Assembly: GCA_964057225.1 (NCBI GenBank)
Contig: OZ059898.1
Span: forward strand, 19,530,001-19,594,000
Origin: Auanema rhodensis
Taxonomy: Eukaryota > Animalia > Nematoda
DNA: 64,000 nucleotides
Reading direction: 5' to 3'
Below, in pieces: positions 27,101-39,309 of this stretch. Under the pieces are notes generated by a model, which was not told where the DNA came from, made no database searches, and saw nothing but the letters and a program-made list of their open reading frames with translations. Every line of letters starts with the position of its first letter. The stretch's first letter is position 1. The position numbers and the translations under genes are program-made.

Positions 27101-30100
27101 GTATAGTGCATTTGATGCGGATTTTTAAGCTGCATCGATCTGTGTTATCAGATTTGCGCTAGCTTAAAAATGCACCGAGATATCAACTGATATAAGTTCA
27201 CACTTATATCCTCGATTTTCACCCTGAAGAATTAATTTTTTCGTTGAATAACATTGTCCATCGTCTTTGCCTTGAAAAAAGGAATCTAAAAACATCTACT
27301 TTTTGCTAAATTATTCTGAAATTTTTCGAAAAAAGTTTTGTCAAAATGTTTTTGGAAGCAATGTTGAGTGTACATGGAAACTCAACATACACTAATGCAT
27401 CATTTTTCAAACGATCACAACTAATTTTTGTATAAAGCGTTTCTCAATGTAGTATAGTGCATTCGATGCGGATTTGTAAGCTGCGTCGATCTGTGTTATC
27501 AGATTTGCGCTAGCTTGAAAATGCACCGAGATATCAACTGATATAAGTTCACACTTATATCCTCGATTTTCACCCTGAAGAATTAATTTTTTCGTTGAAT
27601 AACATTGTCCATCGTCTTCGCCTTGAAAAACGGAATCTGAAAACATCTACTTTTTGCTAAATTATCTTGAAATTTTTCGAAAAAATTTTTGTCAAAATGT
27701 TTTTGGAAGCAATGTTGAGTGTACATGGAAACTCAACATACACTAATGCATCATTTTTCAAACAATCATAACTAATTTTTGTATCGAAGATTTCTCACTG
27801 TAATATAGTGCTTTTGATGCGGATTTTTAAGCTGCGTCGATCTGTGTTATCAGATTTGGGCTAGCTTAAAAATGCACCGAGATATCAACTGATATAAGTT
27901 CACACTTATATCCTCGATTTTCACCCTGAAGAATTAATTTTTTCGTTGAATAACATTGTCCATCGTCTTTGCCTTAAAAAAAGGAATCTAAAAACATCTA
28001 CTTTTTGCTAAATTATTCTGAAATTTTTCGAAAAAATTTTTGTCAAAATGTTTTTGGAAGCAATGTTGAGTGTACATGGAAACTCAACATACACTAATGC
28101 ATCATTTTTCAAACGATCATAACTAATTTTTGTATTAAGCGTTTCTCAATGTAGTATAGTGCATTCGATGCGGATTTTTAAGCTGCGTCGATCTGTGTTA
28201 TCAGATTTGCGCTAGCTTAAAAATGCACCGAGACATCAACTGATATAAGTTCACACTTATATCCTCGATTTTCTCCCTGAAGAATTAATTTTTTCGTTGA
28301 ATAACATTGTCCATCGTCTTTGCCTTGAAAAAAGGAATCTAAAAACATCTACTTTTTGCTAAATTATTTCGAAATTTTTCGAAAAAATTTTTGTCAAAAT
28401 GTTTTTGGAAGCAATGTTGAGTGTACATGGAAACTCAACATACACTAATGCATCATTTTTCAAACGATCATAACTAATTTTTGTATTAAGCGTTTTTCAA
28501 TGTAGTATAGTGCATTCGATGCGGAATTTTAAGCTGCGTCGATCTGTGTTATCAGATTTGCGCTAGCTTAAAAATGCACCGAGACATCAACTGATATAAG
28601 TTCACACTTATATCCTCGATTTTCACCCTGAAGAATTTATTTTTTCGTTGAATAACATTGTCCATCGTCTTTGCCTTGAAAAAAGGAATCTAAAAACATC
28701 TACTTTTTGCTAAATTATTTCGAAATTTTTCGAAAAAATTTTTGTCAAAATGTTTTTGGAAGCAATGTTGAGTGTACATGGAAACTCAACATACACTAAT
28801 GCATCATTTTTCAAACGATCACAACTAATTTTTGTATAAAGCGTTTCTCAATGTAGTATAGTGCATTCGATGCGGATTTGTAAGCTGCGTCGATCTGTGT
28901 TATCAGATTTGCGCTAGCTTGAAAATGCACCGAGATATCAACTGATATAAGTTCACACTTATATCCTCGATTTTCACCCTGAAGAATTAATTTTTTCGTT
29001 GAATAACATTGTCCATCGTCTTTGCCTTGAAAAACGGAATCTGAAAACATCTACTTTTTGCTAAATTATCTTGAAATTTTTCGAAAAAATTTTTGTCAAA
29101 ATGTTTTTGGAAGCAATGTTGAGTGTACATGGAAACTCAACATACACTAATGCATCATTTTTCAAACAATCATAACTAATTTTTGTATTAAGCGTTTCTC
29201 AATGTAGAATAGTGCATTCGATGCGGATTTTTAAGCTGCGTCGATCTGTGTTATCAGATTTGGGCTAGCTTAAAAATGCACCGAGATATCAACTGATATA
29301 AGTTCACACTTATATCCTCGATTTTCACCCTGAAGAATTAATTTTTTCGTTGAATAACATTGTCCATCGTCTTTGCCTTGAAAAAAGGAATCTAAAAACA
29401 TCTACTTTTTGCTAAATTATTCTGAAATTTTTCGAAAAAATTTTTGTCAAAATGTTTTTGGAAGCAATGTTGAGTGTACATGGAAACTCAACATACACTA
29501 ATGCATCATTTTTCAAACGATCACAACTAATTTTTGTATAAAGCGTTTCTCAATGTAGTATAGTGCATTTGATGCGGATTTTTAAGCTGCGTCGATCTGT
29601 GTTATCAGATTTGCGCTAGCTTAAAAATGCACCGAGATATCAACTGATATAAGTTCACACTTATATCCTCGATTTTCACCCTGAAGAATTAATTTTTTCG
29701 TTGAATAACATTGTCCATCGTCTTTGCCTTGAAAAACGGAATCTGAAAACATCTACTTTTTGCTAAATTATTTTGAAATTTTTCGAAAAAATTTTTGTCA
29801 AAATGTTTTTGGAAGCAATGTTGAGTGTACATGTAAACTCAACATACACTAATGCATCATTTTTCAAACGATCACAACTAATTTTTGTATAAAGCGTTTC
29901 TCAATGTAGTATAGTGCATTCGATGCGGATTTGTAAGCTGCGTCAATCTGTGTTATCAGATTTGCGCTAGCTTGAAAATGCACCGAGATATCAACTGATA
30001 TAAGTTCACACTTATATCCTCGATTTTCACCCTGAAGAATTAATTTTTTCGTTGATTAACATTGTCCATCGTCTTTGCCTTGAAAAAAGGAATCTAAAAA

Positions 30101-30887
30101 CATCTACTTTTTGCTAAATTATTTTGAAATTTTTCGAAAAAATTTTTGTCAAAATGTTTTTGGAAGCAATGTTGAGTGTACATGGAAACTCAACATACAC
30201 TAATGCATCATTTTTCAAACGATCACAACTAATTTTTGTATAAAGCGTTTCTCAATGTAGTATAGTGCATTCGATGCGGATTTTTAAGCTGCGTCGATCT
30301 GTGTTATCAGATTTGCGCTAGCTTAAAAATGCACCGAGATATCAACTGATATAAGTTCACACTTATATCCTCGATTTTCACCCTGAAGAATTAATTTTTT
30401 CGTTGAATAACATTGTCCATCGTCTTTGCCTTGAAAAAAGGAATCTAAAAACATCTACTTTTTGCTAAATTATTTTGAAATTTTTCGAAAAAATTTTTGT
30501 CAAAATGTTTTTGGAAGCAATGTTGAGTGTACATGGAAACTCAACATACACTAATGCATCATTTTTTAAACGATCATAACTAATTTTTGTATTAAGCGTT
30601 TCTCAATAAAGTATAGTGCATTCGATGCGGATTTTTAAGCTGCGTCGATCTGTGTTATCGGATTTTCGCTAGCTTAAAAATGCACCGAGATATCAACTGA
30701 TATAAGTTCACACTTATATCCTCGATTTTCACCCTGAAGAATTAATTTTTTCGTTGAATAACATTGTCCATCGTCTTTGCCTTGAAAAAAGGAATCTAAA
30801 AACATCTACTTTTTGCTAAATTATTTTGAAATTTTTCGAAAAAATTTTTGTCAAAATGTTTTTGGAAGCAATGTTGAGTGTACATGG

Positions 30888-33800
30888 AAACTCAACATAC
30901 ACTAATGCATCATTTTTTAAACGATCATAACTAATTTTTGTATTAAGCGTTTCTCAATGTAGTATAGTGCATTCGATGCGGATTTTTAAGCTGCGTCGAT
31001 CTGTGTTATCGGATTTTCGCTAGCTTAAAAATGCACCGAGATATCAACTGATATAAGTTCACACTTATATCCTCGATTTTCACCCTGAAGAATTAATTTT
31101 TTCGTTGAATAACATTGTCCATCGTCTTTGCCTTGAGAAACGGAATCTGAAAACATCTACTTTTTGCTAAATTATTTTGAAATTTTTCGAAAAAGTTTTT
31201 GTCAAAATGTTTTTGGAAGCAATGTTGAGTGTACATGGAAACTCAACATACACTAATGCATTATTTTTTAAACGATCATAACTAATTTTTGTATTAAGCG
31301 TTTCTCAATGTAGTATAGTGCATTCGATGCGGATTTTTAAGCTGCGTCGATCTGTGTTATCGGATTTTCGCTAGCTTAAAAATGCACCGAGATATCAACT
31401 GATATAAGTTCACACTTATATCCTCGATTTTCACCCTGAAGAATTAATTTTTTCGTTGAATAACATTGTCCATCGTCTTTGCCTTGAAAAACGGAATCTG
31501 AAAACATCTACTTTTTGCTAAATTATTTTGAAATTTTTCGAAAAAATTTTTGTCAAAATGTTTTTGGAAGCAATGTTGAGTGTACATGGAAACTCAACAT
31601 ACACTAATGCATCATTTTTCAAACGATCACAACTAATTTTTGTATAAAGCGTTTCTCAATGTAGTATAGTGCATTCGATGCGGATTTGTAAGCTGCGTCG
31701 ATCTGTGTTATCAGATGTGCGCTAGCTTGAAAATGCACCGAGATATCAACTGATATAAGTTCACACTTATATCCTCGATTTTCACCCTGAAGAATTAATT
31801 TTTTCGTTGAATAACATTGTCCATCGTCTTTGCCTTGAAGAACGGAATCTGAAAACATCTACTTTTTGCTAAATTATTTTGAAATTTTTCGAAAAAATTT
31901 TTGTCAAAATGTTTTTGGAAGCAAGGTTGAGTGTACTTGGAAACTCAACATACACTAATGCATTATTTTTCAAACGATCATAACTAATTTTTGTATTAAG
32001 CGTTTCTCAATGTAGTATAGTGCATTCGATGCGGATTTTTAAGCTGCGTCGATCTGTGTTATCAGATTTGCGCTAGCTTAAAAATGCACCGAGATATCAA
32101 CTGATATAAGTTCACACTTATATCCTCGATTTTCACCCTGAAGAATTAATTTTTTCGTTGAATAACATTGTCCATCGTCTTTGCCTTAAAAAAAGGAATC
32201 TAAAAACATCTACTTTTTGCTAAATTATTTTGAAATTTTTCGAAAAAATTTTTGTCAAAATGTTTTTGGAAGCAATGTTGAGTGTACATGGAAACTCAAC
32301 ATACACTAATGCATCATTTTTTAAACGATCATAACTAATTTTTGTATTAAGCGTTTCTCAATGTAGTATAGTGCATTCGATGCGGATTTTTAAGCTGCGT
32401 CGATCTGTGTTATCGGATTTTCGCTAGCTTAAAAATGCACCGAGATATCAACTGATATAAGTTCACACTTATATCCTCGATTTTCACCCTGAAGAATTAA
32501 TTTTTTCGTTGAATAACATTGTCCATCGTTTTTGCCTTGAAAAACGAAATCTGAAAACATCTACTTTTTGCTAAATTATTTTGAAATTTTTCGAAAAAAT
32601 TTTTGTCAAAATGTTTTTGGAAGCAATGTTGAGTGTACATGGAAACTCAACATAAACTAATGCATCATTTTTTAAACGATCATAACTAATTTTTGTATTA
32701 AGCGTTTTTCAATGTAGTATAGTGCATTCGATGCGGATTTTTAAGCTGCGTCGATCTGTGTTATCAGATTTGCGCTAGCTTAAAAATGCACCGAGATATC
32801 AACTGATATAAGTTCACACTTATATCCTCGATTTTCACCCTGAAGAATTAATTTTTTCGTTGAATAACATTGTCCATCGTCTTTGCCTTGAAAAAAGGAA
32901 TCTAAAAACATCTACTTTTTGCTAAATTATTTTGAAATTTTTCGAAAAAATTTTTGTCAAAATGTTTTTGGAAGCAATGTTGAGTGTACATGGAAACTCA
33001 ACATACACTAATGCATCATTTTTTAAACGATCATAACTAATTTTTGTATTAAGCGTTTCTCAATGTAGTATAGTGCATTCGATGCGGATTTTTAAGCTGC
33101 GTCGATCTGTGTTATCGGATTTTCGCTAGCTTAAAAATGCACCGAGATATCAACTGATATAAGTTCACACTTATATCCTCGATTTTCACCCTGAAGAATT
33201 AATTTTTTCGTTGAATAACATTGTCCATCGTCTTTGCCTTGTAAAAAGGAATCTAAAAACATCTACTTTTTGCTAAATTATTCTGAAATTTTCCGAAAAA
33301 ATTTTTGTCAAAATGTTTTTGGAAGCAAGGTTGAGTGTACTTGGAAACTCAACATACACTAATGCATTATTTTTCAAACGATCATAACTAATTTTTGTAT
33401 TAAGCGTTTCTCAATGTAGTATAGTGCATTCGATGCGGATTTTTAAGCTGCGTCGATCTGTGTTATCAGATTTGCGCTAGCTTAAAAATGCACCGAGATA
33501 TCAACTGATATAAGTTCACACTTATATCCTCGATTTTCACCCTGAAGAATTAATTTTTTCGTTGAATAACATTGTCCATCGTCTTTGCCTTGAAAAAAGG
33601 AATCTAAAAACATCTACTTTTTGCTAAATTATCTTGAAATTTTTCGAAAAAATTTTTGTCAAAATGTTTTTGGAAGCAAGGTTGAGTGTACATGGAAACT
33701 CAACATACACTAATGCATTATTTTTCAAACGATCATAACTAATTTTTGTATTAAGCGTTTTTCAATGTAGTATAGTGCATTCGATGCGGATTTTTAAGCT

Positions 33801-36800
33801 GCGTCGATCTGTGTTATCGGATTTTCGCTAGCTTAAAAATGCACCGAGATATCAACTGATATAAGTTCACACTTATATCCTCGATTTTCACCCTGAAGAA
33901 TTAATTTTTTCGTTGAATAACATTGTCCATCGTCTTTGCCTTGAAAAACGGAATCTGAAAACATCTACTTTTGCTAAATTATTTTGAAATTTTTCGAAAA
34001 ACTTTTTGTCAAAATGTTTTTGGAAGCAATGTTGAGTGTACATGGAAACTCAACATACACTAATGCATCATTTTTCAAACGATCATAACTAATTTTTGTA
34101 TTAAGCGTTTTTCAATGTAGTATAGTGCATTCGATGCGGATTTTTAAGCTGCGTCGATCTGTGTTATCAGATTTGCGCTAGCTTAAAAATGCACCGAGAT
34201 ATCAACTGATATAAGTTCACACTTATATCCTCGATTTTCACCCTGAAGAATTAATTTTTTCGTTGAATAACATTGTCCATCGTCTTTGCCTTGAAAAAAG
34301 GAATCTAAAAACATCTACTTTTTGCTAAATTATTTTGAAATTTTTCGAAAAAATTTTTGTCAAAATGTTTTTGGAAGCAAGGTTGAGTGTACTTGGAAAC
34401 TCAACATACACTAATGCATTATTTTTCAAACGATCATAACTAATTTTTGTATTAAGCGTTTCTCAATGTAGTATAGTGCATTCGATGCGGATTTTTAAGC
34501 TGCGTCGATCTGTGTTATCGGATTTTCGCTAGCTTAAAAATGCACCGAGATATCAACTGATATAAGTTCACACTTATATCCTCGATTTTCACCCTGAAGA
34601 ATTAATTTTTTCGTTGAATAACATTGTCCATCGTCTTTGCCTTGAAAAACGGAATCTGAAAACATCTACTTTTTGCTAAATTATTTTGAAATTTTTCGAA
34701 AAAGTTTTTGTCAAAATGTTTTTGGAAGCAATGTTGAGTGTACATGGAAACTCAACATACACTAATGCATTATTTTTTAAACGATCATAACTAATTTTTG
34801 TATTAAGCGTTTCTCAATGTAGTATAGTGCATTCGATGCGGATTTTTAAGCTGCGTCGATCTGTGTTATCGGATTTTCGCTAGCTTAAAAATGCACCGAG
34901 ATATCAACTGATATAAGTTCACACTTATATCCTCGATTTTCACCCTGAAGAATTAATTTTTTCGTTGAATAACATTGTCCATCGTCTTTGCCTTGAAAAA
35001 CGGAATCTGAAAACATCTACTTTTTGCTAAATTATTTTGAAATTTTTCGAAAAAATTTTTGTCAAAATGTTTTTGGAAGCAATGTTGAGTGTACATGGAA
35101 ACTCAACATACACTAATGCATCATTTTTCAAACGATCACAACTAATTTTTGTATAAAGCGTTTCTCAATGTAGTATAGTGCATTCGATGCGGATTTGTAA
35201 GCTGCGTCGATCTGTGTTATCAGATGTGCGCTAGCTTGAAAATGCACCGAGATATCAACTGATATAAGTTCACACTTATATCCTCGATTTTCACCCTGAA
35301 GAATTAATTTTTTCGTTGAATAACATTGTCCATCGTCTTTGCCTTGAAGAACGGAATCTGAAAACATCTACTTTTTGCTAAATTATTTTGAAATTTTTCG
35401 AAAAAATTTTTGTCAAAATGTTTTTGGAAGCAATGTTGAGTGTACATGGAAACTCAACATACACTAATGCATCATTTTTCAAACGATCATAACTAATTTT
35501 TGTATTAAGCGTTTTTCAATGTAGTATAGTGCATTCGATGCGGATTTTTAAGCTGCGTCGATCTGTGTTATCAGATTTGCGCTAGCTTAAAAATGCACCG
35601 AGATATCAACTGATATAAGTTCACACTTATATCCTCGATTTTCACCCTGAAGAATTAATTTTTTCGTTGAATAACATTGTTCATCGTCTTTGCCTTGAAA
35701 AAAGGAATCTAAAAACATCTACTTTTTGCTAAATTATTTTGAAATTTTTCGAAAAAATTTTTGTCAAAATGTTTTTGGAAGCAAGGTTGAGTGTACTTGG
35801 AAACTCAACATACACTAATGCATTATTTTTCAAACGATCATAACTAATTTTTGTATTAAGCGTTTCTCAATGTAGTATAGTGCATTCGATGCGGATTTTT
35901 AAGCTGCGTCGATCTGTGTTATCAGATTTGCGCTAGCTTAAAAATGCACCGAGATATCAACTGATATAAGTTCACACTTATATCCTCGATTTTCACCCTG
36001 AAGAATTAATTTTTTCGTTGAATAACATTGTCCATCGTCTTTGCCTTAAAAAAAGGAATCTAAAAACATCTACTTTTTGCTAAATTATTTTGAAATTTTT
36101 CGAAAAAATTTTTGTCAAAATGTTTTTGGAAGCAATGTTGAGTGTACATGGAAACTCAACATACACTAATGCATCATTTTTTAAACGATCATAACTAATT
36201 TTTGTATTAAGCGTTTCTCAATGTAGTATAGTGCATTCGATGCGGATTTTTAAGCTGCGTCGATCTGTGTTATCGGATTTTCGCTAGCTTAAAAATGCAC
36301 CGAGATATCAACTGATATAAGTTCACACTTATATCCTCGATTTTCACCCTGAAGAATTAATTTTTTCGTTGAATAACATTGTCCATCGTTTTTGCCTTGA
36401 AAAACGAAATCTGAAAACATCTACTTTTTGCTAAATTATTTTGAAATTTTTCGAAAAAATTTTTGTCAAAATGTTTTTGGAAGCAATGTTGAGTGTACAT
36501 GGAAACTCAACATAAACTAATGCATCATTTTTTAAACGATCATAACTAATTTTTGTATTAAGCGTTTTTCAATGTAGTATAGTGCATTCGATGCGGATTT
36601 TTAAGCTGCGTCGATCTGTGTTATCAGATTTGCGCTAGCTTAAAAATGCACCGAGATATCAACTGATATAAGTTCACACTTATATCCTCGATTTTCACCC
36701 TGAAGAATTAATTTTTTCGTTGAATAACATTGTCCATCGTCTTTGCCTTGAAAAAAGGAATCTAAAAACATCTACTTTTTGCTAAATTATTTTGAAATTT

Positions 36801-38256
36801 TTCGAAAAAATTTTTGTCAAAATGTTTTTGGAAGCAATGTTGAGTGTACATGGAAACTCAACATACACTAATGCATCATTTTTTAAACGATCATAACTAA
36901 TTTTTGTATTAAGCGTTTCTCAATGTAGTATAGTGCATTCGATGCGGATTTTTAAGCTGCGTCGATCTGTGTTATCGGATTTTCGCTAGCTTAAAAATGC
37001 ACCGAGATATCAACTGATATAAGTTCACACTTATATCCTCGATTTTCACCCTGAAGAATTAATTTTTTCGTTGAATAACATTGTCCATCGTCTTTGCCTT
37101 GTAAAAAGGAATCTAAAAACATCTACTTTTTGCTAAATTATTCTGAAATTTTCCGAAAAAATTTTTGTCAAAATGTTTTTGGAAGCAAGGTTGAGTGTAC
37201 TTGGAAACTCAACATACACTAATGCATTATTTTTCAAACGATCATAACTAATTTTTGTATTAAGCGTTTCTCAATGTAGTATAGTGCATTCGATGCGGAT
37301 TTTTAAGCTGCGTCGATCTGTGTTATCAGATTTGCGCTAGCTTAAAAATGCACCGAGATATCAACTGATATAAGTTCACACTTATATCCTCGATTTTCAC
37401 CCTGAAGAATTAATTTTTTCGTTGAATAACATTGTCCATCGTCTTTGCCTTGAAAAAAGGAATCTAAAAACATCTACTTTTTGCTAAATTATCTTGAAAT
37501 TTTTCGAAAAAATTTTTGTCAAAATGTTTTTGGAAGCAAGGTTGAGTGTACATGGAAACTCAACATACACTAATGCATTATTTTTCAAACGATCATAACT
37601 AATTTTTGTATTAAGCGTTTTTCAATGTAGTATAGTGCATTCGATGCGGATTTTTAAGCTGCGTCGATCTGTGTTATCGGATTTTCGCTAGCTTAAAAAT
37701 GCACCGAGATATCAACTGATATAAGTTCACACTTATATCCTCGATTTTCACCCTGAAGAATTAATTTTTTCGTTGAATAACATTGTCCATCGTCTTTGCC
37801 TTGAAAAACGGAATCTGAAAACATCTACTTTTGCTAAATTATTTTGAAATTTTTCGAAAAACTTTTTGTCAAAATGTTTTTGGAAGCAATGTTGAGTGTA
37901 CATGGAAACTCAACATACACTAATGCATCATTTTTCAAACGATCATAACTAATTTTTGTATTAAGCGTTTTTCAATGTAGTATAGTGCATTCGATGCGGA
38001 TTTTTAAGCTGCGTCGATCTGTGTTATCAGATTTGCGCTAGCTTAAAAATGCACCGAGATATCAACTGATATAAGTTCACACTTATATCCTCGATTTTCA
38101 CCCTGAAGAATTAATTTTTTCGTTGAATAACATTGTCCATCGTCTTTGCCTTGAAAAAAGGAATCTAAAAACATCTACTTTTTGCTAAATTATTTTGAAA
38201 TTTTTCGAAAAAATTTTTGTCAAAATGTTTTTGGAAGCAATGTTGAGTGTACATGG
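30888..38256. repeat. Tandem duplication of a 10-monomer block; the second copy has one extra monomer (11-mer)
   Basis: Rare markers are duplicated. aaaagttttt (~31195/~34704) and cagatgtgc+ttgaagaacgg (monomers at 31590/35099) recur at +3509. The 1-bp deletion ctacttttgc (~33970/~37830) and ttttccgaaa (~33293/~37153) recur at +3860. Confidence 0.88.
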
Positions 38257-39309
38257 AAACTCAACATACACTAATGCATTATTTTTCAAACGATCATAAC
38301 TAATTTTTGTATTAAGCGTTTCTCAATGTAGTATAGTGCATTCGATGCGGATTTTTAAGCTGCGTCGATCTGTGTTATCGGATTTTCGCTAGCTTAAAAA
38401 TGCACCGAGATATCAACTGATATAAGTTCACACTTATATCCTCGATTTTCACCCTGAAGAATTAATTTTTTCGTTGAATAACATTGTCCATCGTCTTTGC
38501 CTTGTAAAAAGGAATCTAAAAACATCTACTTTTTGCTAAATTATTCTGAAATTTTCCGAAAAAATTTTTGTCAAAATGTTTTTGGAAGCAAGGTTGAGTG
38601 TACTTGGAAACTCAACATACACTAATGCATTATTTTTCAAACGATCATAACTAATTTTTGTATTAAGCGTTTCTCAATGTAGTATAGTGCATTCGATGCG
38701 GATTTTTAAGCTGCGTCGATCTGTGTTATCAGATTTGCGCTAGCTTAAAAATGCACCGAGATATCAACTGATATAAGTTCACACTTATATCCTCGATTTT
38801 CACCCTGAAGAATTAATTTTTTCGTTGAATAACATTGTCCATCGTCTTTGCCTTGAAAAAAGGAATCTAAAAACATCTACTTTTTGCTAAATTATTTTGA
38901 AATTTTTCGAAAAAATTTTTGTCAAAATGTTTTTGGAAGCAAGGTTGAGTGTACTTGGAAACTCAACATACACTAATGCATTATTTTTCAAACGATCATA
39001 ACTAATTTTTGTATTAAGCGTTTCTCAATGTAGTATAGTGCATTCGATGCGGATTTTTAAGCTGCGTCGATCTGTGTTATCAGATTTGCGCTAGCTTAAA
39101 AATGCACCGAGATATCAACTGATATAAGTTCACACTTATATCCTCGATTTTCACCCTGAAGAATTAATTTTTTCGTTGAATAACATTGTCCATCGTCTTT
39201 GCCTTAAAAAAAGGAATCTAAAAACATCTACTTTTTGCTAAATTATTTTGAAATTTTTCGAAAAAATTTTTGTCAAAATGTTTTTGGAAGCAAGGTTGAG
39301 TGTACTTGG

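Larger units (their letters stand above)
1..29483. repeat. Satellite domain A (monomers 1-84)
   Basis: Variants essentially confined here: gagacatc (loss of the EcoRV site GATATC, last seen ~28581), linked gtagaat/tttgggct (last ~29262), ttttctccc, gaatttatt, ctttctgc, aactaatat and taatttctgt. Confidence 0.9.

Noticed and set aside
3189-35367. Sixteen 79-aa minus-strand ORFs as real multicopy genes
   Set aside because: They lie wholly inside satellite monomers and exist only where SNPs remove stops. About 90% of monomers have in-frame stops, and there is no recognisable domain or gene context. Kept only as a low-interest finding.
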